A stretch of 64,000 nt of DNA, taken from the NCBI GenBank assembly GCA_965219415.1, contig CBDCNP010000002.1:1472001-1536000 (forward strand), given 5' to 3'. Made by a program: the position numbers and the translations under genes. Positions 20,845-30,235 of this stretch are shown piece after piece. Every line of letters starts with the position of its first letter. Position 1 is the stretch's first letter. The notes beneath the pieces are model-generated. The model was given only the letters and a program-made list of their open reading frames with translations, was not told the origin of the DNA and did no database searches. The DNA comes from Candidatus Marinacidobacterales bacterium (GTDB taxonomy: Bacteria; Acidobacteriota; Vicinamibacteria; Marinacidobacterales; DATDRI01).

Positions 20845-22050
20845 AGCCTCCGCACGGCGGCGATGGTTTTGGTCTCTACGGTGTACTGGGGTGCGCCATC
20901 GCTTCTCTCCGCTCAGCCTCGTGGTGGTGTCCTGCGTGCGACCATCGTCAACGGCACCACCGGGGAACCCGGCAGTGGCGAGAAAGTGACGCTGTTCAAG
21001 CTCAGCTCGGGAATGGAGCCCATCAAAACCGCGGAAGGGGTCTCCGGAAAGTTCGTGCTCGAGAACATCGAGATCGCCGGTGAAGCGCCCTACCTGCTCC
21101 AGGTCACTTCCGGTGGAGTGAACTACAACCAGAGAGTGAGCTTTGGGCGAGGCTATGAGGCCAAGGCCTCTTTCATCGTCTACGATACTACTGACGAGTG
21201 GGAGGACGTCACCATCACAACGGCGCGCTACTTGCTACGACGCGACGACCAACGGCTCCGTGTGGACAAGTTGTTCGTGGTTGAGAACACGACTTCCCCG
21301 CCAAGGACACTCTTCGATCCCGAGGGCACGTTTCGCTTTACTCTTCCTGCCGACGTAGTCGAGCTCCGCTCGGTCTCCGCAACCTCGAGCAGCGGAATGC
21401 CAGTGCCGCAGCCGGCCTCGCCCGCGCTCGATGGCCCGGGCTTTTTCACACGGACCGCGTTCAAGCCGGGGTCGACCGACTTCACGGTCTCGTACGACGT
21501 GGAGTACTCCGATACGGAGGGCCATGAGTTTCGGGATACCGCGTTCTTTCCGCTGGCCGAGGCGATGATCCTCGTTGCGCCCGCCGACATCGAGCTCGTA
21601 GCCGAGGGGTGGGAGAACAAGGGGCCCGATCCTGACGGACGCTTCGTGGTTCTGTATCGGGAAAACGTCGCGGCTGGAACGCCGCTCGAGGTCGACCTCT
21701 CGGGCGGGAGTAAGCACGCAGCCAATTTGATTCCCTCTTCCTCTGAGGGGGGCGGCGAGCAACAACCTGCAGGTGCACGCATCACCGTCCTTCCCGACTC
21801 TACGAGCGCCCAAAAATGGATCATCGTCACTCTGATGGCGGCCGCCTTGGTGTACGGTCTTCTCGCTGCCTTGGTCCCAATACCTTCAAGTGAGCACCCC
21901 GCCGGTACGAGGACCGACCCTGCCAACACTTTTAGGCAAGCGATAGGCCGGCTCGAAGAGCAGCACGCAACTGGGAAGATTTCCTCCAAACGCTACAAGA
22001 AGGAAAAGCGAGAGCTCCAGGCGCGTCTGGCAAAGGAGGGCGAGCACTGA
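20839..22050 (+). CDS. Exported beta-rich protein with C-terminal TM helix and CcmI/SHOCT-like tail
   Basis: Signal-like N-terminus, IVNGTTGEP, TM helix near the end, AIGRLEEQHATGKISSKRY; start position uncertain. Confidence 0.65.
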   Translation: MTSLRTAAMVLVSTVYWGAPSLLSAQPRGGVLRATIVNGTTGEPGSGEKVTLFKLSSGMEPIKTAEGVSGKFVLENIEIAGEAPYLLQVTSGGVNYNQRVSFGRGYEAKASFIVYDTTDEWEDVTITTARYLLRRDDQRLRVDKLFVVENTTSPPRTLFDPEGTFRFTLPADVVELRSVSATSSSGMPVPQPASPALDGPGFFTRTAFKPGSTDFTVSYDVEYSDTEGHEFRDTAFFPLAEAMILVAPADIELVAEGWENKGPDPDGRFVVLYRENVAAGTPLEVDLSGGSKHAANLIPSSSEGGGEQQPAGARITVLPDSTSAQKWIIVTLMAAALVYGLLAALVPIPSSEHPAGTRTDPANTFRQAIGRLEEQHATGKISSKRYKKEKRELQARLAKEGEH

Positions 22051-22772
22051 GCACAGCGCTCGAGGCACGAGGTGTTACCAAGCGCTTCGGACGCTTCGCG
22101 GCGTTGGTCAATCTCAACCTGCGAGTCGCGGCAGGAGAAGTACTGGTCCTCTTCGGAAGAAACGGCGCCGGAAAAACAACGTTCCTTCATTTGGCGGCGA
22201 CACTGATGACCCCGACCGAGGGGCAGCTCATCTACGGCGATGATGAGGAATCCTCGTCGGCCGAAGAAATCCGCCGCCAGATCGGGCTCGTTTCTCACGC
22301 CAGCTTTCTCTATCCGGATCTCACCGTGCGAGAGAACCTCGCGTTTTATGCCCAGTTGTACGGGCTCTCAGACACAGATTCCGTGGTGGATGAGGCGATA
22401 AGGCACGCCGACCTGTCGGTGCGGGCCGACTCTCCAGTGAGGAGTCTGTCGCGCGGAATGCATCAACGACTCACCATCGCCCGCGCGGTCCTGCACCGAC
22501 CCTCTCTCCTACTGCTCGACGAACCTTATACAGGCCTCGACCCGGTGTCCGCTGACCGGCTATCGGCTCTGCTCACCGGCTTCCGGGAACAAGGCACCGC
22601 GGCCATTCTTACGACCCACGATCTCGAGCGCGGACTCGCAGCCGCCGACCGCGTCGCCATCCTCGAATCCGGGCGATTGGTTCATGAAGGGACGGGCAGC
22701 CAAGATCCTAAAGAATTTCGGGAGGTCTTCACCGAAGTTACCCAGAGGAGGCGCACCGCCTCAGCGCGGTAA
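22047..22772 (+). CDS. ccmA: Heme ABC exporter ATP-binding protein
   Basis: GRNGAGKTT, LSRGMHQR, LLLDEP; the frame is open upstream through ALEARGVTKRFG to CTG 22047. Confidence 0.9.
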   Translation: MSTALEARGVTKRFGRFAALVNLNLRVAAGEVLVLFGRNGAGKTTFLHLAATLMTPTEGQLIYGDDEESSSAEEIRRQIGLVSHASFLYPDLTVRENLAFYAQLYGLSDTDSVVDEAIRHADLSVRADSPVRSLSRGMHQRLTIARAVLHRPSLLLLDEPYTGLDPVSADRLSALLTGFREQGTAAILTTHDLERGLAAADRVAILESGRLVHEGTGSQDPKEFREVFTEVTQRRRTASAR

Positions 22773-22777
22773 CGGCA

Positions 22778-23470
22778 GTGAACTATCTATCAGCCGTCGC
22801 CGCGATCATCAACAAAGATATCCGCTCCGAGCTTCGCACCAAGGAGATGGTCGCGTCGATGTTCGTCTTCTCGGTGCTGGTCCTACTGATCTTCAATTTC
22901 ACACTCTCTCTAGATGGAGAGACCACGCTCGCGTTGGCACCGGGGATTCTTTGGGTCGCCTTCGTCTTCGCCGGGTCACTGGGACTCAACCGCAGTTTCG
23001 CTTCCGAGCGTGAAAATCGTTCCATCCATGGGTTGATGCTGGCACCGGTGGATCGGAGCGCCCTATATTTCGGAAAACTCGCGTCCAATGTCATTTTCAT
23101 GCTGACTGCGGAAATCTTTCTGTTACCGCTCTTCATGGTCTTCTTCAACTTGAATTTACTTGCCGAGCTCGAGCCGGCAGCGTTTATGACCTTTTTGCTC
23201 GTGGTCGGTCTCGGAACGCTCGGTTACGCGGCCGTTGGTACGACGCTAGCCGCCATCGCCGCGAACACGACAATGCGCGAGGTCCTTCTCCCCGTGTTGC
23301 TGTTCCCAGTCACCGTGCCGGTTGTGATCGGCGCGGCCGAGTCCACCCGGCTCATCTTGCAACCCGATCTCTTCAACAGCCCGTGGAGTTGGATCCGGCT
23401 GCTGGCGGTCTTCGCCGTGGTTTTCGTCGTGGTATCCTGGCTAACCTTCGAATACGTTTTGGAGGAATAG
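22778..23470 (+). CDS. ccmB: Heme exporter permease
   Basis: KDIRSELRTKE, PGILWV, REVLLPVLLFP. Confidence 0.92.
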   Translation: MNYLSAVAAIINKDIRSELRTKEMVASMFVFSVLVLLIFNFTLSLDGETTLALAPGILWVAFVFAGSLGLNRSFASERENRSIHGLMLAPVDRSALYFGKLASNVIFMLTAEIFLLPLFMVFFNLNLLAELEPAAFMTFLLVVGLGTLGYAAVGTTLAAIAANTTMREVLLPVLLFPVTVPVVIGAAESTRLILQPDLFNSPWSWIRLLAVFAVVFVVVSWLTFEYVLEE

Positions 23471-23473
23471 AAC

Positions 23474-23947
23474 GTGCTAGGACATCTCGCCGTCGTCGTG
23501 ATCTCGCTATCAACCATGGCCTCCCCATCACCACAGTCGGAGGTCACGGTTCGTGGCAGAACCGTTTGCCTCGACTCCTCGGGCAAGCCTTCCTCGGACG
23601 AAAAGTCGTGCGATCTCGCAAACGGCTTTGCCTTTCGAGCGCAGAACGAGACGCTCTACCGCTTTTCACCGACCGATAAGCGTGTCGAGATGCTGACCGA
23701 CGCGCGAGTGCGTTCGCAGGAGTTAGAGTTCGAGGGTTGGTTGCGCGAGGAGAACGAGATCGAGATCATCAAGCTCTACTCGGTCCACGACGGCGAGCTC
23801 TACGACATTTTTTATCGGTGTGACGTCTGCAACATCACCGCCCACACTCCGGGGCCATGTTGGTGCTGCTATGAGGACTTCGAGCTCCGTGAAACCCCTA
23901 GTGACTCGAAGTCCCGATCCGGGCGCCAAAATAGGAAGGAGCCATAA
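23474..23947 (+). CDS. Exported hypothetical protein with Cys/His-rich C-terminal motif
   Basis: Signal-like N-terminus; CDVCNITAHTPGPCWCC. Confidence 0.65.
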   Translation: MLGHLAVVVISLSTMASPSPQSEVTVRGRTVCLDSSGKPSSDEKSCDLANGFAFRAQNETLYRFSPTDKRVEMLTDARVRSQELEFEGWLREENEIEIIKLYSVHDGELYDIFYRCDVCNITAHTPGPCWCCYEDFELRETPSDSKSRSGRQNRKEP

Positions 23948-24120
23948 TCAAAGTGACCAGGCGCCGGGAAGAGTTTGAACTTCGCGAAACCCCCAGGAAA
24001 TGAGTAGAAACTACACGGGGATCAGAGCCGCCGTCTGGCCACACTGTTCTTTGGCACAACCCATTTGGCGGCCAGCATGTGACAGTGTCATAAAACTAGA
24101 TCCGACCCCACGTTAAAGCC

Positions 24121-24954
24121 TTAGAACTCCAGGTGCTCCTTCAGGAAGGCCACCGTTCGGGGCCAGGCCTTCTCGGTTGCCTTCCGGTTAGCTCCGTTCT
24201 GGCGATCTTGGGCCCGGAGGAAACCATGGCCGCCACCCTCGAAGATCTCAAACTCGTACTGACGGCCGAGCCGTTGCATTTCGGCGGCGGTGACCTCAAT
24301 GGTGGCGTTCACGCGATTGTCCTCACCGCCGTATAGGCCGAGGACCGGTGCTTGTACGTTTGCGAGCGCCTCCTTAGATGGAGCGGTGCCGTAATAGACG
24401 ACCGCGGCGCTCAAGTCCTCTTGCTTCGTGGAGTAGGCAAAGCTGGTTCGTCCCCCCCAGCAAAAACCGATGACCGCGAAGTCGTCGCTGGCCGAGGGCA
24501 ACCCGATCGCGTAGTAAGCAACACCATTCAGACGCTCGACGATTTCCTGGTCATCGAGCCCGCGAACTAGACGCCGTGCCCCATCGTTGTCGACCGAGTC
24601 CGAGCCTCCACCATCGGGTCCCTTTCCACTCAAGAGATCGGGGGCGATGGCGATAAAACCCTCGGCGGCAAGTTGGTCGGCCACCGCTCGGATCCAATCG
24701 GTGAGGCCGTAGATCTCGTGGATGACGACTACCACTGGTACCTTATCGTCACGCTCGGGATAGACGAGCCAAGCGTTGACGACGTCGCCTCCCGTTTCCA
24801 CCTTCACCCATTCGCCATGCCGGGATGAGTTGTTGAGTCTGTCGTGCGCTCCATCGGCGCCGGCTGGGAGATCCTGGGCGCTGGCGAAGGAGCTCAACAG
24901 CGTAACCAATACATTGGCCGCAGCAAGATTCGTCCAGATCGTCATCTTTCTCAC
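24121..24954 (-). CDS. Dienelactone hydrolase family protein (exported)
   Basis: IHEIYGL, GFCWGG, GHGF; signal peptide. Confidence 0.92.
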   Translation of the reverse strand: MRKMTIWTNLAAANVLVTLLSSFASAQDLPAGADGAHDRLNNSSRHGEWVKVETGGDVVNAWLVYPERDDKVPVVVVIHEIYGLTDWIRAVADQLAAEGFIAIAPDLLSGKGPDGGGSDSVDNDGARRLVRGLDDQEIVERLNGVAYYAIGLPSASDDFAVIGFCWGGRTSFAYSTKQEDLSAAVVYYGTAPSKEALANVQAPVLGLYGGEDNRVNATIEVTAAEMQRLGRQYEFEIFEGGGHGFLRAQDRQNGANRKATEKAWPRTVAFLKEHLEF

Positions 24955-25032
24955 CTTTCATGCAAGCATCGGGCTGTCAACTTAGCACAGCCTGGTGGTA
25001 TGATGCTCCCCGAAATTGAAGAGTTACGCAAG

Positions 25033-25713
25033 ATGCGTACACTAAAAAAGACCCTTCCCATTCTAACTTTCATCACAGTCGGTTTTGCCCTCTATGGGGC
25101 GTTCCTCTACGCACCCCGGGAACAGACGATGGGCGACTTGCAACGCATATTCTATTTCCATGTCGCCAGCTGGTGGATCGCTTTTCTCGCCTTTGCGGTG
25201 GTCTTCTTCGCAAGCGTCGCCTACTTGGCAACCCGGCGTCGCCAATACGACACCTTGGCACTGGCCTCCGCGGAAATTGGGGTCGTCTTCACAAGCATGG
25301 GCCTCTTCACCGGCCCGCTCTGGGCGAAACCCGCCTGGGGCATCTATTGGACCTGGGACGCGCGACTGACTCTTGCGCTCGTCCTGTGGCTCATTTACAT
25401 CTCCTACTTGATGCTCCGACGCTACATCCCCGACGAGGCCAAGCGGGCCAACCTGGCGGCGGTGGCCGGAATCATCGGATTCGTCGATGTTCCCATCGTC
25501 TACTTCTCGATCCGCTGGTGGCGCACGCAACATCCTCAGCCGGTGGTCATGGGAGGTGCCGATTCGGGACTCGATCCGCTGATGTTCCGGGCACTCATGA
25601 TGAGCCTGATGGCGTTCTTTTTTTTGTATCTCTGGTTACTTGATAAGCGATTCTCGATCGAACATGCACAGCAGGAAATCGAGCACCTTCACCGAAGGCT
25701 AGAGGGCCTATGA
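25033..25713 (+). CDS. ccmC: Heme exporter protein C
   Basis: QRIFYFHV, WAKPAWGIYWTWDARL, WWRTQHP. Confidence 0.95.
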   Translation: MRTLKKTLPILTFITVGFALYGAFLYAPREQTMGDLQRIFYFHVASWWIAFLAFAVVFFASVAYLATRRRQYDTLALASAEIGVVFTSMGLFTGPLWAKPAWGIYWTWDARLTLALVLWLIYISYLMLRRYIPDEAKRANLAAVAGIIGFVDVPIVYFSIRWWRTQHPQPVVMGGADSGLDPLMFRALMMSLMAFFFLYLWLLDKRFSIEHAQQEIEHLHRRLEGL

Positions 25714-25844
25714 GCTACTTGTTCGCCGCCTACATGGTCATTTGGGCCGCACTCTTCTTTTACTTGTTGAGCCTATCCAAGAAACAACAGCGACTCGACC
25801 GCGAGATCGAAACCCTCAAGAAGATTCTGGAGGAGAAGAAATAG
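25710..25844 (+). CDS. ccmD: Heme exporter protein D (44 aa, missing from ORF track)
   Basis: Manual translation MSYLFAAYMVIWAALFFYLLSLSKKQQRLDREIETLKKILEEKK; ATGA overlap with the ccmC stop. Confidence 0.88.
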   Translation: MSYLFAAYMVIWAALFFYLLSLSKKQQRLDREIETLKKILEEKK

Positions 25845-26356
25845 GCCGGCCGATCTCCCTTGTCCTTGCGATCGCGGCTCTCTCTGCGGGCCTAGCATGG
25901 ACCCAAGCCCCATCCCGCGAGCAGCTACGTCCAGTCGATGCTCCCGACATCCTGGAGATCGTTCACCAGCACCGGGGCAAGATCGTGCTCTTAAACTTTT
26001 GGGCCACTTGGTGCCCGCCGTGTATCGTCGAGTTCCCGGAGATCGTCTCTCTCGAGAAAGCCTACCGGGACCGCGGCTTGGTAGTGGTCTCGGTATCGGC
26101 GGACTTTCCGAAGGACATCGATACGAAGCTCCTGCCCTTCCTCGAAAAGCACCGGCCGGATTTTCCCGTTAACCTCAAGCAGACCGACGACGTCGACAAG
26201 TTCATTCGAATCATCGATCCCGAATGGACCGGTGCGATTCCGGCGACTTTTTTCTTCGAGCCTAGCGGGGGGGTTACAAGTAAAAAGTTCTCCGTCATGA
26301 CGAAAGAGGAAATGGTGCAGGTTGTCGAAGGACTCCTGGGAGACCCCAAGCCTTGA
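25841..26356 (+). CDS. TlpA/CcmG-like thiol-disulfide oxidoreductase
   Basis: LLNFWATWCPPC and GAIPATF; signal-like N-terminus; start codon uncertain. Confidence 0.85.
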   Translation: MGRPISLVLAIAALSAGLAWTQAPSREQLRPVDAPDILEIVHQHRGKIVLLNFWATWCPPCIVEFPEIVSLEKAYRDRGLVVVSVSADFPKDIDTKLLPFLEKHRPDFPVNLKQTDDVDKFIRIIDPEWTGAIPATFFFEPSGGVTSKKFSVMTKEEMVQVVEGLLGDPKP

Positions 26357-26360
26357 GAGT

Positions 26361-27278
26361 CTACTCGGCCCGGAGGGAGTTCGACAGGTTCAGGGATTCC
26401 TGCACTACATAGAGAGGCCGGCGCCGGACCTCCTCGGCGATCCCGGCGAGATATTGACCCAGTACCCAAAGCCCCACCAACTGGACGCCGCCGAGGAAAA
26501 ACAGAGCCGACGTCCCCGCCGACATCCCCCATACCCAGCCGACTAGCGATCCGACGCACACCGCCGCTCCTCCCAAACCCACGAGGGCGATCGGGAAACT
26601 ACTGAAGGAAAAGGTCGCGGTCCTTGCCAGGCGCAGCGTCGCCCCGAGTCGATACTTACTTTCCCCGCCCGCCCGAGCCGGCCGATCGTAGCCTACGCTG
26701 GTTTGGCGGAAACCGGTCCAGGCGACCAACCCCCGGAGAAACCGCCGTCGCTCGCGAAGCACGCGGAGCGCATCGGCGGCACGACGAGAAAGCAGGCGAA
26801 AATCGCCGGTATCAACAGGTACATCGACTGTGGAAACGAGCCGAATGAAACGATAGAAGGCAAAGGCGCTAGCACGCTTAAAGGCGGACTCACCCTGCCG
26901 AGCCCGCCGCCGGGCGTAAACGACGTCGAAACCATCTTTCCATCGCGCCACTAGATCCGGAATTAGCTCGGGCGGATCTTGCAGGTCGGAATCCATCAGT
27001 ATGACGGCGTCGCCATTTGCGTGATCGAGACCCGCCGTCAAAGCGATTTGATGTCCGAAGTTGCGGCTCAGAACGAGAACCCCGACACGCGCGTCGCCCT
27101 TTGCCAGTTCTGAAAGGAGCTCACGGGAGCGGTCGGAGCTTCCGTCATCGACATAGATCACCTCGAACGTCGCATCGAGAGAAGCCAAAACACCAACCAG
27201 GCGTTGGTGAAGCGCACCAATGTTGGCCTCCTCATTGAACACGGGAAGCGCAACACCGAGGCTGGGGCTGGACGCCAT
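26361..27278 (-). CDS. Glycosyltransferase family 2 (GtrB/DPM-synthase-like)
   Basis: PVFNEE, DDGSSD, SRNFGHQ, DSDLQDPPE; ATG at 27278. Confidence 0.92.
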   Translation of the reverse strand: MASSPSLGVALPVFNEEANIGALHQRLVGVLASLDATFEVIYVDDGSSDRSRELLSELAKGDARVGVLVLSRNFGHQIALTAGLDHANGDAVILMDSDLQDPPELIPDLVARWKDGFDVVYARRRARQGESAFKRASAFAFYRFIRLVSTVDVPVDTGDFRLLSRRAADALRVLRERRRFLRGLVAWTGFRQTSVGYDRPARAGGESKYRLGATLRLARTATFSFSSFPIALVGLGGAAVCVGSLVGWVWGMSAGTSALFFLGGVQLVGLWVLGQYLAGIAEEVRRRPLYVVQESLNLSNSLRAE

Positions 27279-27363
27279 GCGCCAGAAGCATAACTTGGAC
27301 CGTCCGTTCGTGGCCAGTTTCTTTCTTGATGCGTGGGGCCGCTGCTCATAGAATGCAGCAGTC

Positions 27364-28107
27364 ATGATCGACAGGCCCGGAAGACTTGTTGGAAAAGCGG
27401 CGCTCATAACCGGTGCCAGCAAGGGAATCGGTCGCGGGATCGCGACCACCTTCCTGAAAGAAGGCGCTCGAGTCTTTCTCGGCGCGCGGGGGGAAAAGGG
27501 GCTTCAAGACGCGGCGGCGGAACTTCGGGAGCTCGGCCCGGAGGTCGACTTCGCGGCGGCGGACGTGGGCAACCCCGAAGAAGCCCAAAGACTCGCCGAT
27601 TCGGCGCTCGCGCGTTTTCCAGACCTCAGCATCCTGGTGAACAATGCCAGCATCCTCGGCAAGAGAGCTCAGTTGGTCGATCTCGACATCTCTACCTGGG
27701 ACGAGGTCCTACGCATCAATACCGCCAGCCTCTTTTACGTGACGCGTCCGCTCTTGCCAGCACTGATTCGTCGAGGGAGCGGTTCGGTCATCAATGTCAG
27801 CTCCAGCGTGGGTCGGAAGGGAAAACCGAATTGGGGTCCCTACGCAGTGTCGAAGTTCGGCTTGGAGGGTTTCACTCAAGTATTGGCCGAGGAGCTCCGC
27901 CCACATGGCCTTCGTGCGAATAGCGTGAACCCGGGCGCGACTCGTACCGAGATGCGCGCCGCTGCCTACCCCGACGAGGACCCGTTGACTCTTCCAACTC
28001 CGGAGGACATCGCCGAGGTCTTCGTCTACCTCGCTTCGGACGAATCGTCATCGGTCACCGGGCAGGCCTTCGAGGCGCGAGACTTCTTGAAGCCCGCCTC
28101 GGCGTAA
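27364..28107 (+). CDS. SDR oxidoreductase, YciK-like
   Basis: TGASKGIG, YAVSK, NPGATRTEMRAAAYPDEDP. Confidence 0.9.
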   Translation: MIDRPGRLVGKAALITGASKGIGRGIATTFLKEGARVFLGARGEKGLQDAAAELRELGPEVDFAAADVGNPEEAQRLADSALARFPDLSILVNNASILGKRAQLVDLDISTWDEVLRINTASLFYVTRPLLPALIRRGSGSVINVSSSVGRKGKPNWGPYAVSKFGLEGFTQVLAEELRPHGLRANSVNPGATRTEMRAAAYPDEDPLTLPTPEDIAEVFVYLASDESSSVTGQAFEARDFLKPASA

Positions 28108-28111
28108 GAAC

Positions 28112-28438
28112 ATGGAAATCAAGACTCTCCTAGAAGCACGCCGGTTCTCGTCGGAGAAAATGCAAAAGGTCGGTCTCTTCGAAACTCACCGGCTCTTCTG
28201 CGATCTCTATTGCCTGGAACCCAATCAAGCGCAGAAGATTCACATTCATGTTGGCTCCGACAAAGTCTATGTCGCTCTCGAAGGTCGAGGAACCATGCAG
28301 GTCGGAGAAAAAAACGAAGAGATCGGACCGGGTCAGGCGGTGCTCGCCCCCGCCGGCGAGCCACACGGTGTCCGAAACCCCAATGGGGAGCGTCTGATTC
28401 TTCTCGTCTTCATGGCCCCACCGCCCTCCCATGCCTGA
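28112..28438 (+). CDS. Cupin domain protein
   Basis: HIHVGSDKVY...PAGEPHGVRN. Confidence 0.85.
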   Translation: MEIKTLLEARRFSSEKMQKVGLFETHRLFCDLYCLEPNQAQKIHIHVGSDKVYVALEGRGTMQVGEKNEEIGPGQAVLAPAGEPHGVRNPNGERLILLVFMAPPPSHA

Positions 28439-29780
28439 GCTTCCTCCTTCAACCGGCGCGACACGCGAAACCTTTACCTCTCGTTTCGGCTCGACCATGG
28501 CCCTGATCGGAGTCGCGGTCGGCCTGGCCAACGTCTGGCGCTTCCCCTACATGGCGGGCACGTTCGGTGGTGCCGCATTCGTTGCCGTGTACTTGGTCTT
28601 CGCATTACTTCTAGGCATTCCTGCCATCATGGCCGAGTGGACACTGGGTCGACACACCCGCCAAGGACCGGCCGGTGCTTTCACCGCGGCGGGAATGCCG
28701 GGCGGAAAGGCGGTCGGCATTCTGCTCTTTGTCACCGTCTTCATGGCCAGCTCCTACTACATGCTCATCATTGGACAGGTGCTCTTCTACCTAGTGGCCA
28801 CCCTCGCAGGCAGCTTCTCGGGCCAGGACCCCGCTGAGTTCTTTAGTCATCATCTCGAAGGCATTACGGTCGAGAACATCGTGAGCACTCTCGCCGTCTT
28901 CGTAGCCATCGCCGGCGTTTTGTACTTTGGCGTTCGTCGAGGCATCGAGTCGGTTTCTCGCATCGTCATGCCCATCGTTTTCGTTTCATTGTTCGTCGTG
29001 ATCATCCGCTCGGTCACTCTCCCCGGCGCGTGGGAGGGTGTCCGCTTCTTCCTCGTCCCGGACTTCTCGAAGATCACGGCGCAGACCCTGCTGGCGGCTT
29101 TGGGCCAGGTCTTCTTCAGCATGTCGCTTGGCGGCACGTTCTTCGTTCTCTACGGAAGCTACCTCCGCGCGGACGAAGACATCCCCCGAACGGCGGTGGC
29201 GACTGCGATAGGGGACCTGACCGCGGCGATGCTCGGCGGCCTCGCCATCTTGCCTGCCGTTTTCGCTCTCGGACTCGAGCCCGGGAGCGGCCCCTCGCTC
29301 ATCTTTATTACTCTCCCCGGAGTCTTCGCACAGATCCCCGGCGGTACCGTCGTGGGCGCGATCTTTTTCTCCGCACTCTTCTTCGCCGCCTTCCTATCCG
29401 GAGTCGCCGCCATCGAGGTCCTGGTGGACGGGTTGAATTTGTACTATGGGATGAGCCGGGCGCGCTCTCTGGTGGGGCTGGTTATCGTACAGGTATTGCT
29501 GTCGCTGATCCCCATGTGGAGTACTCAATACCTCATGTATAGCGACCTCATCTGGGGCTCCACCATGCAGCCAGTAGGAAGCGCCTTCACCTTGATCGCA
29601 CTGGGTTGGTTCGTGACGCGAGGGAAGGTCCTCGAAGAGGTGAACCGAGGGAGCTCGATCAAGATCGGCGATTTCTGGATCTTCTGGATCCGCTATGTGA
29701 TCCCGAGCGTCATCGTCGTTATTCTCATTTATGGATGGTGGGGTCCCTTACAGAATTTGATCAGCAAGATTCTTGGCTAG
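28431..29780 (+). CDS. Sodium-dependent amino-acid transporter (NSS/SNF family)
   Basis: GVAVGLANVWRFPY, LGQVFFSMSLG, GPSLIFITLP. Confidence 0.92.
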   Translation: MPELPPSTGATRETFTSRFGSTMALIGVAVGLANVWRFPYMAGTFGGAAFVAVYLVFALLLGIPAIMAEWTLGRHTRQGPAGAFTAAGMPGGKAVGILLFVTVFMASSYYMLIIGQVLFYLVATLAGSFSGQDPAEFFSHHLEGITVENIVSTLAVFVAIAGVLYFGVRRGIESVSRIVMPIVFVSLFVVIIRSVTLPGAWEGVRFFLVPDFSKITAQTLLAALGQVFFSMSLGGTFFVLYGSYLRADEDIPRTAVATAIGDLTAAMLGGLAILPAVFALGLEPGSGPSLIFITLPGVFAQIPGGTVVGAIFFSALFFAAFLSGVAAIEVLVDGLNLYYGMSRARSLVGLVIVQVLLSLIPMWSTQYLMYSDLIWGSTMQPVGSAFTLIALGWFVTRGKVLEEVNRGSSIKIGDFWIFWIRYVIPSVIVVILIYGWWGPLQNLISKILG

Positions 29781-29799
29781 CGAGAAAGGATCTCTGGGA

Positions 29800-30228
29800 G
29801 TGAGCTTCGTAAAAAATATCGAGCGGGTCGCGATCGCAGTACGCGATCTCGATCGCGCACAGGAGTTCTTCGAGAAGGCGTTTGACGCCGAGTTCGAGAA
29901 CACCGAAGACGTCAAAGACATGAAGTTCCGCTACACGCCCTTTACTTTGGGCGGAAAGAGGCTGGAGCTTCTTTCGCCGTATGACGACGATAGCCCCATC
30001 GCTCGTTTTCTGAAGAAACGCGGCGAAGGGATTCATCACATTTCGTTCGAGGTCGACGACCTCGATCAAGCCATCGCCGAGCTCAAGAAAAGAGGCGTCA
30101 AGATCGCTTATCGCCACCAGTACGCTCCCGACGTGGGCTTCGAGGGATATCATTGGGACGAGGCCTTCGTCCATCCCCGAGACGCTTTCGGAGTGCTGAT
30201 CCACTTAGCCCAGAAACGCAAGGTGTGA
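29800..30228 (+). CDS. VOC family protein, methylmalonyl-CoA epimerase-like
   Basis: AIAVRDLD, SPIARFLKKRGEGIHHI, AFVHP. Confidence 0.85.
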   Translation: MSFVKNIERVAIAVRDLDRAQEFFEKAFDAEFENTEDVKDMKFRYTPFTLGGKRLELLSPYDDDSPIARFLKKRGEGIHHISFEVDDLDQAIAELKKRGVKIAYRHQYAPDVGFEGYHWDEAFVHPRDAFGVLIHLAQKRKV

Positions 30229-30235
30229 GCGCCCG

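Noticed and set aside
24960-24980. Sigma54-like motif upstream of the dienelactone hydrolase gene
   Set aside because: CAGCCCGATGCTTGCA lacks the invariant GG at -24
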